Numbered from the stretch's first letter, positions 1 to 8,239 are shown. The stretch: 25,755 bases of DNA from Chloroflexota bacterium (GCA_023473795.1 JAMCYS010000152.1:1-25755); one strand, 5' to 3'. The notes: generated from the sequence alone by a model not told the origin. A program made the numbers and translations.

Positions 1-225
1 GTATCAACTCGCACAAGTTGATGGGTTCGTAGCGATCCACTATCATGTGTCCGGGCCTCCCGTCGGGCTAGGTTGCGCCAGCAAACACATCCTATCCCAC
101 GGGGGCTCTTTTTGCACCAGAAACTAGCTAGAGATTAGCACCGGCGGTGCACCCAGTCAAACCGAACGACAGGCGCGACCACCCCCGGCGCAACGCCCGG
201 GGCATCAGCCGGGCGAGCATCGCCC

Positions 226-261
226 GACTGAGAGCGGCGCCCCGGCGGGCCGCTCTCAGTC
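226..261 (-). terminator. GC-rich hairpin (13-bp perfect stem gactgagagcggc/gccgctctcagtc, 10-nt loop) 5 nt downstream of the stop of the 267..716 gene
   Basis: The perfect inverted repeat was read directly at 226-238 and 249-261. The minus-strand stop codon (cta) is at 267-269. No U-tract follows, so it would be an I-shaped terminator of the kind common in high-GC genomes. Confidence 0.4.
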
Positions 262-266
262 GACGA

Positions 267-716
267 CTAGATGGTGTAGGCGAAAGGCCTGGGCCGAATC
301 CAGTTAGCCACTTTGAGGTAGCCACTTTCGTCTGCCTCGAGCAGCAGTTTGTGCATGAGCACGGCGTCCCCGTTGGGGATGGGCTCCACCGACCTCACGC
401 AGAGTAGCGAAGTAAGCATACCTCTCTCGTAGACCGCCACCGGACCCTGGAAGCGGGGAACGCGGTAGGTGCGGTCTTCGAACTGCTTGCTGGCAACCTC
501 GAGGTAGCCATGCTGACGCAGGCGCTGCAGGTCCTCTGCCGGCAGCATCTCAGCCAGCATCTGTTCAGCCCGCGATTCCGCCCGGCGCCACTCTGACCCG
601 TAAGCACCGCCCGGCGACCGCGCCGTTGAGAGCAGACGCGTCGCTACGGCGTAGGCCATTGCCAATCCAACCAGCGCCACCACCAGCAAAGTCGGCGACG
701 CCCAGCTGGGCAGCAC
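267..716 (-). CDS. Hypothetical protein with an N-terminal transmembrane helix (LLVVALVGLAMAYAVA) and a soluble C-terminal domain of unknown family; GTG start
   Basis: The 149-aa ORF starts with GTG at 716..714 and is preceded by a G-rich stretch. It is separated by 2 nt from the upstream 81-aa gene. No recognisable family motifs were found. Confidence 0.45.
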   Translation of the reverse strand: MLPSWASPTLLVVALVGLAMAYAVATRLLSTARSPGGAYGSEWRRAESRAEQMLAEMLPAEDLQRLRQHGYLEVASKQFEDRTYRVPRFQGPVAVYERGMLTSLLCVRSVEPIPNGDAVLMHKLLLEADESGYLKVANWIRPRPFAYTI

Positions 717-718
717 CT

Positions 719-964
719 CTACCCCCCCGCGATGCGAGGTACGACCACAATCTGTTCGGCTGTCGGGTCGAACTCAGCGATGCGTTGGGTGGGTTTGCCG
801 GCCTCCACCTTGAAGGCTGCGCTGCCACGCCGCAGCTGCTCCCGGAAGATGCGCTCCGCCTCAGCGACCGCAGCCAGGGCCTCAGGATCCCCATTCTCAA
901 CCTTCTCGTGCTCCCAGGTGACGAGTCTGTCGCCCTGAGAATTCAGCACTCGCAGCTTTGCCAT
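719..964 (-). CDS. Hypothetical small soluble protein (81 aa)
   Basis: ATG at 964..962 is preceded by AAGGGAGCAGAAGG. The gene is tightly linked (2-nt gap) to the downstream membrane-anchored ORF. No family was recognised. Confidence 0.4.
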   Translation of the reverse strand: MAKLRVLNSQGDRLVTWEHEKVENGDPEALAAVAEAERIFREQLRRGSAAFKVEAGKPTQRIAEFDPTAEQIVVVPRIAGG

Positions 965-1123
965 TGCCTTCTGCTCCCTTGTGTCATTGATCCCCTAACC
1001 GCCTTCACGTCAGGACCCGCCGCAACTCCCCGGCCGCACGGCGACCACAGCCGGCGCACTCGCAGCGGCTTCTTATCATTGCAGGCCCCGTGCCCCACGC
1101 GACGTATTCGGGGCAGATAGTGC

Positions 1124-1129
1124 TATAAT
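1124..1129 (+). promoter_or_regulatory. Candidate -10 box (perfect TATAAT) 41 nt upstream of the TTG start at 1171; weak -35 (gacgta) 17 nt further upstream
   Basis: TATAAT was read at 1124-1129. The region 965-1170 is a divergent intergenic region between the 719..964 gene and the FAD-oxidase gene. Confidence 0.35.
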
Positions 1130-1170
1130 GCGCTCTTCCCGAAATCAACAAGCTGCCAGGTACTAGCCGG

Positions 1171-2457
1171 TTGCTGTCCGCACAGATCAAGCATGAACTG
1201 AGAGCCATCGTCGGTGAGCGCATGGCGCTCACCGACCCCGCGGATCTGGCCACCTACGCCTACGACGCCACCCATTACACGCACACACCCGACGCAGTCG
1301 TCGTGCCGGCCAGTACCGACGAAGTATCCGCCGTGTTGCGCCTGGCGAGCCGAGAACGACTACCGGTGGTGGCCCGTGGCTCCGGCACCAGCCTCTGCGG
1401 CGGGGCCACCCCAATCAGGGGCGGCGTGGTCCTCTCCACGGCACGCTTGAGGCGCATTCTCGACATCAATGCCGCGAGGTCGTGCGCGACCGCCGAGCCC
1501 GGAGTCAATACGGCCGAGTTCATGCGAGCGGTAGAGACCCGCGGCCTCTTCTACCCGCCGGACCCCTCCAGCCAGAGCGTTTCCACGTTGGGCGGCAACG
1601 TCGCTCAGGGTGCGGGCGGGCCGCGCGGCGCCAAGTACGGCAGCCTGCGGGACTACGTCTTAGGCTGCGACGTCATTCTGGCCGACGGCAGCCGTCTGCG
1701 CACGGGCGCGAACACCGTCAAGAACGCCTCCGGCTACGACCTCACCCGCCTCTTCGTCGGCTCCAGGGGCACCCTGTGTTTCTTCAGCCAACTGCGCTTG
1801 CGCCTCTTGCCTCTGCCCGTGGCTCGCCGGCTTCTGCTATTGCCGTGCGCCGATTTGGCGGCAGCCGCCCGGCTGGCGCTGGCGATCACGGCCGCGGGGC
1901 TGCTGCCCAGCCGGCTGGAAGCGCTGAACGACCAGGCAGCGGCAGCTGCCGGCGCGGGACAGACCAGCGCCATCCTGCTTTGCGAACTGGACGGTTCCGC
2001 CCCCGGCGTCGACCGACAAGCGGCTATTGTCGCCAGGCTGGCAGGGGCGCAGAGCGGCGAAGACCGTGCCGGAGAGGCGGCCGAGGCCATTTGGAATCAA
2101 TTGCAGGGCTGGCCGACGCTGGCGCGCGTCCAGGTGCCACGCGACCGCCTACCGGCCCTGTTGGCCAAAGTCGGGGAACTCGGCGGCACGCTCCGCGGCG
2201 ATTGGGGCGTTGTGGCGGGCGCCGGCACGGGAGGCGTACGCTTGGTGGCGCTGCCGGGCACGAAGGACGCCGGGACCGAGCCGGAGGGGTCGGCTCCAGC
2301 GGCGGAGTTCGCAGCCCTGGCCGGCGAGTTCGGCCTCGTCCGACCCGCCGCTGAGCCGGCCGAGAGGTTGCGGCGCAGCCTCAAGTCGGCTTTCGACCCC
2401 CGGGGCATCCTCAACCCCCTGGTGCCGCTTGCGCCGGACGGGAGCCAGGCGAGATGA
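1171..2457 (+). CDS. FAD-binding oxidoreductase subunit of a glycolate-oxidase-like (GlcD/GlcE family) enzyme. The N-terminal half is GlcD-like (PDPSSQ..GGNVA..GG) and the C-terminal half is GlcE-like, lacking the canonical His-containing catalytic motif.
   Basis: FAD_binding_4-type motifs are present (RGSGTS, YPPDPSSQSVSTLGGNVAQGAGGPRGAKYG, NASGYDLTRLFVGSRG). The C-terminus contains SAFDPRGILNP. The gene starts with TTG, and its stop overlaps the downstream start (ATGA at 2454-2457). Confidence 0.8.
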   Translation: MLSAQIKHELRAIVGERMALTDPADLATYAYDATHYTHTPDAVVVPASTDEVSAVLRLASRERLPVVARGSGTSLCGGATPIRGGVVLSTARLRRILDINAARSCATAEPGVNTAEFMRAVETRGLFYPPDPSSQSVSTLGGNVAQGAGGPRGAKYGSLRDYVLGCDVILADGSRLRTGANTVKNASGYDLTRLFVGSRGTLCFFSQLRLRLLPLPVARRLLLLPCADLAAAARLALAITAAGLLPSRLEALNDQAAAAAGAGQTSAILLCELDGSAPGVDRQAAIVARLAGAQSGEDRAGEAAEAIWNQLQGWPTLARVQVPRDRLPALLAKVGELGGTLRGDWGVVAGAGTGGVRLVALPGTKDAGTEPEGSAPAAEFAALAGEFGLVRPAAEPAERLRRSLKSAFDPRGILNPLVPLAPDGSQAR

Positions 2458-3701
2458 GCGACCACAGGGAGGACGGCGAGGGACTGCAGGCGTACTACGA
2501 CGAGGCGCTGCGCTGCGTGCGCTGTGGGCTTTGCCAGGCGGTGTGCCCGGTGTACGCCGTGGAACAGAGCGAGGCCTCGGTTGCGCGCGGCAAGGTTCAG
2601 CTTGCCCGGGCCCTGCTGGAAGGCAGGCTGGAGCCGTCCCCCGCCGTGCGCGAGCGCCTCTTCCTCTGTCTCAACTGCGGCGCCTGCACGGCCAACTGCC
2701 CCAGCGGCGTCAACGTGGCCAAGTTGATGCTCGCCACACGGGCCCAGTTGCTGCGGGACGTCGGCCGGCCCGCCGTAGAAGGGTTGTTGTTACGTCAAGT
2801 TCTGGCCAATCCCCGCTCGCTGGGTCTGGCCGGGGCGGGGCTCGCCCTCTACCGGCGCAGCGGTTTGCGCTGGCTGGCCCACTACGTGGATGCCCTGGCC
2901 ACCCTACCGGCAGGGCTGGCGAAGGCGGAGGCGATGCTCCCCTCCCGGAGCCGCAGCCGGCCCAGGGTAGGACCGGCGCCAGAGCGCCCTCGCTACCGGG
3001 TCGCTTACTTCGCCGGCTGCGTCACCTCGGTGCTGTACCCGGACCTGGCCCAGTCGGTGGTCGCCGTGCTGCGGCAGGAAGGCTGCCAGGTCGTACTGCC
3101 ACGCGGTCTGGGGTGTTGCGGCACACCGCACCGTGCCTACGGCGACGCAGCGGCGGCCCAGAAGCTGGCAGATCGCAATACGCGGGCCCTGAACGAGGCG
3201 AGCGTCGAGGCTGTCGTCACCGACTGCGCGACCTGCGGGGCCGGCCTCAAGGATTACTCCGGCCTACGAGTGCCCGTCTACGACGTCAGCCAGTTCCTGG
3301 TGGAGGAGGCCGGCCTAGTGGCGCCGCGACGGCCACTGGCAGTGCGCGTCACCTATCACGACCCTTGCCATCTAGCTCGCGGCCAGGGAGTGCGCGAGGC
3401 GCCGCGGCGGCTTCTGCGGGCTATACCGGGGTTGGATCTAGTGGAGATGGCGGAAGCCGACCGCTGCTGCGGCGGCGCCGGCACCTTTGCCCTGACCCAC
3501 CCCGAGACCTCGCTGCGCATACTCGAACGCAAAGTGGCCAACGCCGCCGCCACGGGGGCCGCAATCGTCGCCTCCGGCTGTCCTGCCTGCTTGCTGCAAA
3601 TCGGCTATGGGCTGGGGCGACTGGCGGCCGGCGGTCAGGACGGCCCCCGCGAGGCGCTACATCCAGTCGAACTACTGGCGCAGGCCTATGCTCCGCCCTA
3701 G
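2454..3701 (+). CDS. glcF: Glycolate oxidase iron-sulfur subunit GlcF-like (2x 4Fe-4S ferredoxin motifs plus two CCG cysteine-rich domains)
   Basis: The protein has CVRCGLCQAVCP and CLNCGACTANCP ferredoxin motifs. Downstream are two CCG domains (GCCGTP and DRCCGGAG). It is translationally coupled to the upstream FAD subunit. Confidence 0.85.
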   Translation: MSDHREDGEGLQAYYDEALRCVRCGLCQAVCPVYAVEQSEASVARGKVQLARALLEGRLEPSPAVRERLFLCLNCGACTANCPSGVNVAKLMLATRAQLLRDVGRPAVEGLLLRQVLANPRSLGLAGAGLALYRRSGLRWLAHYVDALATLPAGLAKAEAMLPSRSRSRPRVGPAPERPRYRVAYFAGCVTSVLYPDLAQSVVAVLRQEGCQVVLPRGLGCCGTPHRAYGDAAAAQKLADRNTRALNEASVEAVVTDCATCGAGLKDYSGLRVPVYDVSQFLVEEAGLVAPRRPLAVRVTYHDPCHLARGQGVREAPRRLLRAIPGLDLVEMAEADRCCGGAGTFALTHPETSLRILERKVANAAATGAAIVASGCPACLLQIGYGLGRLAAGGQDGPREALHPVELLAQAYAPP

Positions 3702-3964
3702 CTCGCTACCGCCACCAGTCCCATCTTCTCCAGAGCGTCGCCCACTACCTGGCCGGAGACGCCGCCCGCGAAACGGGGTTTGCCGTCGATGCTGATGATC
3801 GGCAAGGGTATGTCGCCCCTGGCCAGCACCCGCATCGTGTCCGGATGCTGATTGGCGTCTAGGGTGTAGACATCCAGGTACTCCACCGTGACGGCCTCGC
3901 CGAAGCGCTCTTGCAGCTCGGCCCTCATCTGGATCGTTTGCTCTTCCTGGGTCGGCTGGCTCAC
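3698..3964 (-). CDS. Small cysteine-free hypothetical protein (88 aa) with thioredoxin-fold-like layout (ArsD/YuzD-like architecture without Cys)
   Basis: GTG start at 3964..3962 is preceded by AGGAGG. Its stop overlaps the convergent glcF stop (3698-3701). Family assignment is tentative. Confidence 0.45.
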   Translation of the reverse strand: MSQPTQEEQTIQMRAELQERFGEAVTVEYLDVYTLDANQHPDTMRVLARGDIPLPIISIDGKPRFAGGVSGQVVGDALEKMGLVAVAS

Positions 3965-3991
3965 TTCCTCCTCGCCCTCAGCGCAGTCGGA

Positions 3992-4051
3992 CCCACAACT
4001 TGGGCCGCAACTGCTGCCTCAGCCACAACTCTGCAACGGCACGTTCGTGCC
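3992..4051. repeat. Short direct repeats C(C/G)(A/G)CAACT x3-4 (3992-4000, 4005-4012, 4022-4030, 4031-4037) followed by 14-bp palindrome GGCACGTTCGTGCC (4038-4051), upstream of the 3698..3964 gene
   Basis: Read directly from the sequence. The repeats lie in the intergenic region between the adh terminator and the small-protein gene. Confidence 0.4.
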
Positions 4052-4183
4052 GAATACTTGAATTAGCACTCCGCGCTCCCCGTTCTCCACCACTTGTTCC
4101 CTTCTCTCACGAAATGCCCGCCAAACCGGCGGGCGCAGCGTAATCATAGCCCGCTCGAGCCGACCGGTCAAATAGACACAGAA

Positions 4184-4212
4184 GAGCCGGCCGGGGAGTT
4201 CCTGGCCGGCTC
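4184..4212 (-). terminator. Intrinsic-terminator-like hairpin (9-bp GC stem gagccggcc/ggccggctc, 11-nt loop) 16 nt downstream of the Fe-ADH stop, followed on the minus strand by a U-rich tract (UUCUGUGUCUAUUU)
   Basis: Inverted repeat read at 4184-4192 and 4204-4212. The minus-strand stop codon is at 4229-4231. Confidence 0.45.
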
Positions 4213-4228
4213 ACGCCCGGGGCGCCGC

Positions 4229-5395
4229 CTACCAGGCGCGCCGATAGATGTCCAGCACTTCCTTTTCGGTAAGCCTGCGGGGGTTGTTGTCCATCAGGCG
4301 CGCCGTGGCCATGGCGCCGGGCACGAAGGCCTCGACCGCCGAGTCCGGCACGCCCACGTCGCGCATGCGCTGCGGAATGCCCACGTCCTGTGACAACTTG
4401 CGCACCGCCTCCACTGCCTTGTAGGCCGCCTCGCGCGGGCAGAGGCCGTCCAGGCACTCCCCCATCGCCTCGGCGACCTTAGCGAACTTGGGGATGTCGG
4501 CCAGGTAATTGTACTCCAGTACGTAGGGCATCATCATCGCATTGGAAACGCCGTGGGCCACTCGGTACGTGCCGCCCAGCGGGTAGGCCAGGGCGTGCAC
4601 CGAGCCGGCGCTGGCGTTGGCCAGGGCGATGCCGGCGTCGAGGCTGCCCAGGGCCATGTCGTAGCGCGCCTGCAGGTCGCCCCCGCGGCAGACGGCAGTG
4701 CGCAGGCTCTTGGCAATCAGCCGGATGGACTCCAAGGACCACAGCTCGGTCAGCGGCGTGGCCTTGACGGCCGTGTAGGACTCGATGGCGTGCGTGAGGG
4801 CATCCATGCCGGTGGCAGCGGTCACCGAGGGCGGCATGCTCACGGTCAGCAGTGGGTCGACGATGGCCACGTCGGCCAGACAATGCGGGCTCACGGTGCC
4901 GACTTTGAGCTTCTGCTCTACGTCCAGGAAGACCGCGTTGTTAGAGATCTCAGCGCCCGTACCGGCGGTGGTTGCAACCAGTATGTAGGGCAGGCCGCGC
5001 TGGGGCACCTTGTCGATGCCGAAATAGTCGCGGATCGAGCCGCCATTCTTGAGAAGGACGGACACGCCCTTGGTGGTGTCCATGGCGCTGCCGCCGCCGA
5101 CGCCGACGAGCAGGTCGAACCCGCCCTGGCGCACCCACTCCACGCAGCGGTCGAGGCTGGCCACGGTCGGCTCCGGCTCAACCTGGTCGTAGACCTCGGC
5201 TGTCAAACTGGCCTTGGACAGTATGCCCTGTATCTGAGCTGCTAGCCCGGCCTTCGCCACCCCAGGGTCGCAGATGATCACCGGTCGCTTGGCCTGGCAG
5301 CGAACCGCTTCGTCGGCGACCTTGTTGACGGCATCGATGCCAAAGTAGATAGTAGCCGGCAGGCGAAATGGCAGAACCTGAGTCGGTAGCACCAT
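4229..5395 (-). CDS. Iron-containing (group III) alcohol dehydrogenase, e.g. 1,2-/1,3-propanediol or butanol dehydrogenase type
   Basis: The GGGSAMD metal/NAD motif is present, and the His-rich metal site and overall 388-aa length match the Fe-ADH family. Confidence 0.85.
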   Translation of the reverse strand: MVLPTQVLPFRLPATIYFGIDAVNKVADEAVRCQAKRPVIICDPGVAKAGLAAQIQGILSKASLTAEVYDQVEPEPTVASLDRCVEWVRQGGFDLLVGVGGGSAMDTTKGVSVLLKNGGSIRDYFGIDKVPQRGLPYILVATTAGTGAEISNNAVFLDVEQKLKVGTVSPHCLADVAIVDPLLTVSMPPSVTAATGMDALTHAIESYTAVKATPLTELWSLESIRLIAKSLRTAVCRGGDLQARYDMALGSLDAGIALANASAGSVHALAYPLGGTYRVAHGVSNAMMMPYVLEYNYLADIPKFAKVAEAMGECLDGLCPREAAYKAVEAVRKLSQDVGIPQRMRDVGVPDSAVEAFVPGAMATARLMDNNPRRLTEKEVLDIYRRAW

Positions 5396-5592
5396 CGTTC
5401 CCTTCTCCCTATCGCAGTCTGGCCCGCGGCGCTCCGCGGATGAAGCGTGCGGGCGTCCCGCCGCCTAGTTTACATCAGGTGTGCCCGCGACGAAAGGGCA
5501 AGAGTAGCCGGCCGGAAGAACGGACAGTCGCCAGCGGACAGTGCTCCGGGCTGCCTCGTAGCTGCGAAAATGCACTGGCCATGGGACCCGTT

Positions 5593-6003
5593 CTAAGCCG
5601 GCTGGCCGGCCAAACGGGCGCGGATGAAGTTGGCGATGTCGGCAGTGGAGCTGCCGGGGCCGAAGGTCGCCGCCACACCCATTTCCTGCAAGGCGCGCAT
5701 GTCCTCGTCGGGTATGATCCCGCCCACGAGGACGACGATGTCCGTCAGCTGCTTCTGCCGCACCAACTCCATTACGCGCGGTACCAGGTCCATATGCGCC
5801 CCGGAGAGGATGCTCAAGCCAATGACGTCGGCGTCTTCCTGCAGCGCCGACTCGACGACCATTTCGGGGGTCTGCCTGAGCCCGGTGTAGATCACCTCCA
5901 TCCCGGCGTCGCGCAGCGCCCGGGCGAGGACCTTGACCCCCCGGTCGTGGCCATCCAGCCCCGGCTTGGCCAGCAGTACCCTGATTTTGCCTCTCTCAAC
6001 CAT
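5593..6003 (-). CDS. icmB: Coenzyme-B12-binding small subunit of a split acyl-CoA mutase (IcmB-like, 136 aa), with DxHxxG motif (DGHDRG)
   Basis: ATG at 6003..6001 is preceded by GAGAGGTG. The ORF-track start at 6012 is GTG without an RBS. Rossmann-like B12-domain motifs are present ([14 protein letters not shown]). Confidence 0.8.
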   Translation of the reverse strand: MVERGKIRVLLAKPGLDGHDRGVKVLARALRDAGMEVIYTGLRQTPEMVVESALQEDADVIGLSILSGAHMDLVPRVMELVRQKQLTDIVVLVGGIIPDEDMRALQEMGVAATFGPGSSTADIANFIRARLAGQPA

Positions 6004-6037
6004 GGTCCACACCTCTCACGTGCTGAGAGCCGAGGCC

Positions 6038-7711
6038 CTAGAGCACCGGCACCTCCATATAGGATCCGTAGACCTCGCGCAGCGCCTGAGTCATCTCGCC
6101 CAGCGTGCAATAAGCACGCACCGCGTCCAGCAGATAGGGCATCACGTTCTCCCCAGCCGCGGCCGCCTTGCTCAGAGCGCGCAGGCAGCGCTCGGCCTGC
6201 GCCCGGTCGCGCCGGCGGCGCACCTCCGCCAGGCGCGCCAGCTGCCGGCGCTCGCCCTCGGGGTCCATGCGCAGCAGAGGCACCTGCACCGGCTCGTCCG
6301 TGGTAAAGCCGTTGACCCCCACGACGATGCGCTCCCCGCTCTCCACTTCTTGCTGGTAGCGGAACGATGCCTCGGCGATCTCCTGTTGCGGGTAGTTGAC
6401 GCCAATCGCCGCCACCATCCCGCCCAGACGGTCGATGCGCTCGATGTACTCACGCGCCTGGCGCTCCAGCTCGTCGGTCAACGCTTCGACGAAGTACGAT
6501 CCCCCCAATGGATCGACGGTGTTCGTCACGCCGCTCTCATTGGCGATGATCTGCTGAGTGCGTAGGGCCACCCGCACGGCGCTTGCCGAGGGCAGGGCCA
6601 GGGCCTCGTCCATGGAATTAGTGTGCAGGGACTGGGTACCGCCCAGCACCGCCGCCAGGGCCTGCAGGGCCACCCGCACCACGTTGTTCTCCGGCTGCTG
6701 GGCCGTCAACGAACAGCCCGCCGTCTGGGTATGGAAGCGCAGCATCCAGGAGCTCGGGTCCTTGGCGCCGAAGCGCTCGCGCATGATCTTGGCCCATAGC
6801 CGCCGGGCCGCCCGGTACTTGGCGATCTCCTCAAAGAAGTCGCTATGGGCGTTGAAGAAGAACGAGAGCCGAGGGGCGAAGTCATCCAGGGCCAGGCCGC
6901 AGTCGAGCGACGCCTGCACGTAGGCGATGCCATCGGCCAGTGTGAAGGCCAGTTCCTGCGCCGCGGTCGAGCCGGCCTCCCGGATGTGATAGCCGCTGAT
7001 CGACACCGTGTTCCATTTGGGCAGGTGGCGGCTGCCAAATTCGATGGTGTCAATCACCAGTTTGAGCGCCGGCTCGGGCGGAAACAGGAACTCCTTCTGC
7101 GCTGTGTACTCTTTCAGGATGTCGTTCTGAAGGGTGCCGCCGAGCTCACCGAACGGGATGCCCTGCTTCTCGGCCGTCACCAGGTACATCGCCCAGATGA
7201 TGGCCGCTGGGCCGTTGATCGTCATCGAGGTCGTGACCTCGTCGAGGCGGATCCCATCGAAGAGGATTTCCATGTCGGCCAGCGAAGAAACGGCCACTCC
7301 GCACTTGCCGAACTCCCCCAGCGCCTGGGGGTCATCGGTGTCGAGCCCATACAGAGTCGGCATATCGAAAGCCACCGACAGGCCGCTCTCGCCGTGAGAC
7401 AGCAGGTATTTGAAGCGCTCGTTCGTTTCTTCAGCGGCGCCAAAGCCGGCGAACAGGCGCATCGTCCAGAGCCGGCCGCGATACATCGTGGGGTGGACGC
7501 CCCGGGTGAAGGGATACTCGCCGGGGAAACCGATTTCCCGCTGATAGGCGGCGACCTCGTCCGCCCCGGGCTCGTAGAGTCTCTGGGTCTGTACCCCGGA
7601 GATGGTGGTGAACTCAGATCGGCGCTCGGGCAGGCGCTCCAGCGACTTCGCCAGAGTAGTCTTCTCCCAGCGCGCGCGGTCGGCGGCGAGCCGTTCGCGG
7701 TCGTCCTGCAT
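6038..7711 (-). CDS. icmA: Acyl-CoA mutase large (catalytic TIM-barrel) subunit with an isobutyryl-CoA-mutase-type active-site signature. In methylmalonyl-CoA mutase the corresponding positions are Tyr89 and Arg207; here they are Phe (TMRLFAGFG) and Gln ([12 protein letters not shown]).
   Basis: Strong similarity to the methylmalonyl-CoA mutase alpha catalytic domain throughout ([33 protein letters not shown]). Specificity residues were read from the alignment-equivalent motifs. There is no C-terminal B12 domain, so this is a split enzyme. Confidence 0.8.
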   Translation of the reverse strand: MQDDRERLAADRARWEKTTLAKSLERLPERRSEFTTISGVQTQRLYEPGADEVAAYQREIGFPGEYPFTRGVHPTMYRGRLWTMRLFAGFGAAEETNERFKYLLSHGESGLSVAFDMPTLYGLDTDDPQALGEFGKCGVAVSSLADMEILFDGIRLDEVTTSMTINGPAAIIWAMYLVTAEKQGIPFGELGGTLQNDILKEYTAQKEFLFPPEPALKLVIDTIEFGSRHLPKWNTVSISGYHIREAGSTAAQELAFTLADGIAYVQASLDCGLALDDFAPRLSFFFNAHSDFFEEIAKYRAARRLWAKIMRERFGAKDPSSWMLRFHTQTAGCSLTAQQPENNVVRVALQALAAVLGGTQSLHTNSMDEALALPSASAVRVALRTQQIIANESGVTNTVDPLGGSYFVEALTDELERQAREYIERIDRLGGMVAAIGVNYPQQEIAEASFRYQQEVESGERIVVGVNGFTTDEPVQVPLLRMDPEGERRQLARLAEVRRRRDRAQAERCLRALSKAAAAGENVMPYLLDAVRAYCTLGEMTQALREVYGSYMEVPVL

Positions 7712-7728
7712 GGCGGGCCTCCCCTAGC

Positions 7729-7788
7729 TGGGCGCTATACCAGCAATTGCCTGTGAGAAACGCTCTTCAATTTCAAGTATAGCGCCCA
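7729..7788. promoter_or_regulatory. 12-bp perfect inverted repeat TGGGCGCTATAC ... GTATAGCGCCCA flanking a 36-nt, comparatively AT-rich spacer, 18 nt upstream of the icmA start. On the minus strand the distal arm overlaps a TGGTATAGC extended -10-like element.
   Basis: Read directly (7729-7740 and 7777-7788). It lies in the 96-nt gap between the mce stop and the icmA start. Confidence 0.45.
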
Positions 7789-7807
7789 ACCTCAAACGGC
7801 TCCCAAC

Positions 7808-8230
7808 CTAGGTCTCAGGCTCGTGCCCCTTCTCCGCCAGCTCGACGAGCACGCCCCCGGTGGCTTTAGGGTGCAGAAAACCGACCCGCGAGCCGTGCGC
7901 GCCCGGCGCCGCCGCTCCCGAGCCGATCACCGCGCCCCGGGCCGATAGTTCGCCGAGCAGCTCGTCCAAACCTTCCACTTCCAGGCAGATGTGGTGTATG
8001 CCTTCACCACGCTTGTCGAGGTATTTGCCAACGGGGGTGTCCGGGCCGGTCGGCTCGAGCAATTCCAGCGTGGCCTCGCCCAGGGGCAGGAAGGCGACCT
8101 TCACCCCCTGGGCGGGCACGGTTTCGTAGTGATCGGCCGCGAGTCCTAGCGCCTCCTCGTAGAAGCGCACCGCTGCCTCCGCATCCCTGACGGCGATGCC
8201 GACGTGGTCGATCTTCTTGACACGTGGCAT
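7808..8230 (-). CDS. mce: Methylmalonyl-CoA epimerase (VOC/glyoxalase-fold)
   Basis: IDHVGIAVRD...HHICLEV...GGVLVEL metal-ligand pattern and 140-aa size. It is in the same operon context as a mutase. Confidence 0.8.
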   Translation of the reverse strand: MPRVKKIDHVGIAVRDAEAAVRFYEEALGLAADHYETVPAQGVKVAFLPLGEATLELLEPTGPDTPVGKYLDKRGEGIHHICLEVEGLDELLGELSARGAVIGSGAAAPGAHGSRVGFLHPKATGGVLVELAEKGHEPET

Positions 8231-8239
8231 TGGCGGAAC

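Noticed and set aside
1-127. Possible tRNA or terminator at the left window edge (GGTTCG-like stretch at 25-31, T-tract at 107-115, 7-bp inverted repeat ATCAACT/AGTTGAT at 3-22)
   Set aside because: No cloverleaf could be built: no acceptor stem or T-loop GTTCRANYC consensus. The T-tract is not preceded by a convincing GC stem. The 7-bp inverted repeat is at the very edge and cannot be interpreted without upstream sequence.
2027-3862. 611-aa plus-strand ORF (and the 290-aa ORF 1482..2354) overlapping the FAD-oxidase and glcF genes in another frame
   Set aside because: Arg/Pro/Gly-rich low-complexity translation typical of off-frame ORFs in ~70% GC DNA. The co-located frames have clear family motifs (FAD oxidase, GlcF).
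5396-5592. Possible promoter (TGTAAACT-like at 5468-5480 on the minus strand) and short GC hairpins between icmB and the Fe-ADH gene
   Set aside because: Only a 4/6 match to the -10 consensus, with wrong TG spacing for an extended -10. Hairpins are short (4-5 bp). Kept as unannotated intergenic DNA.
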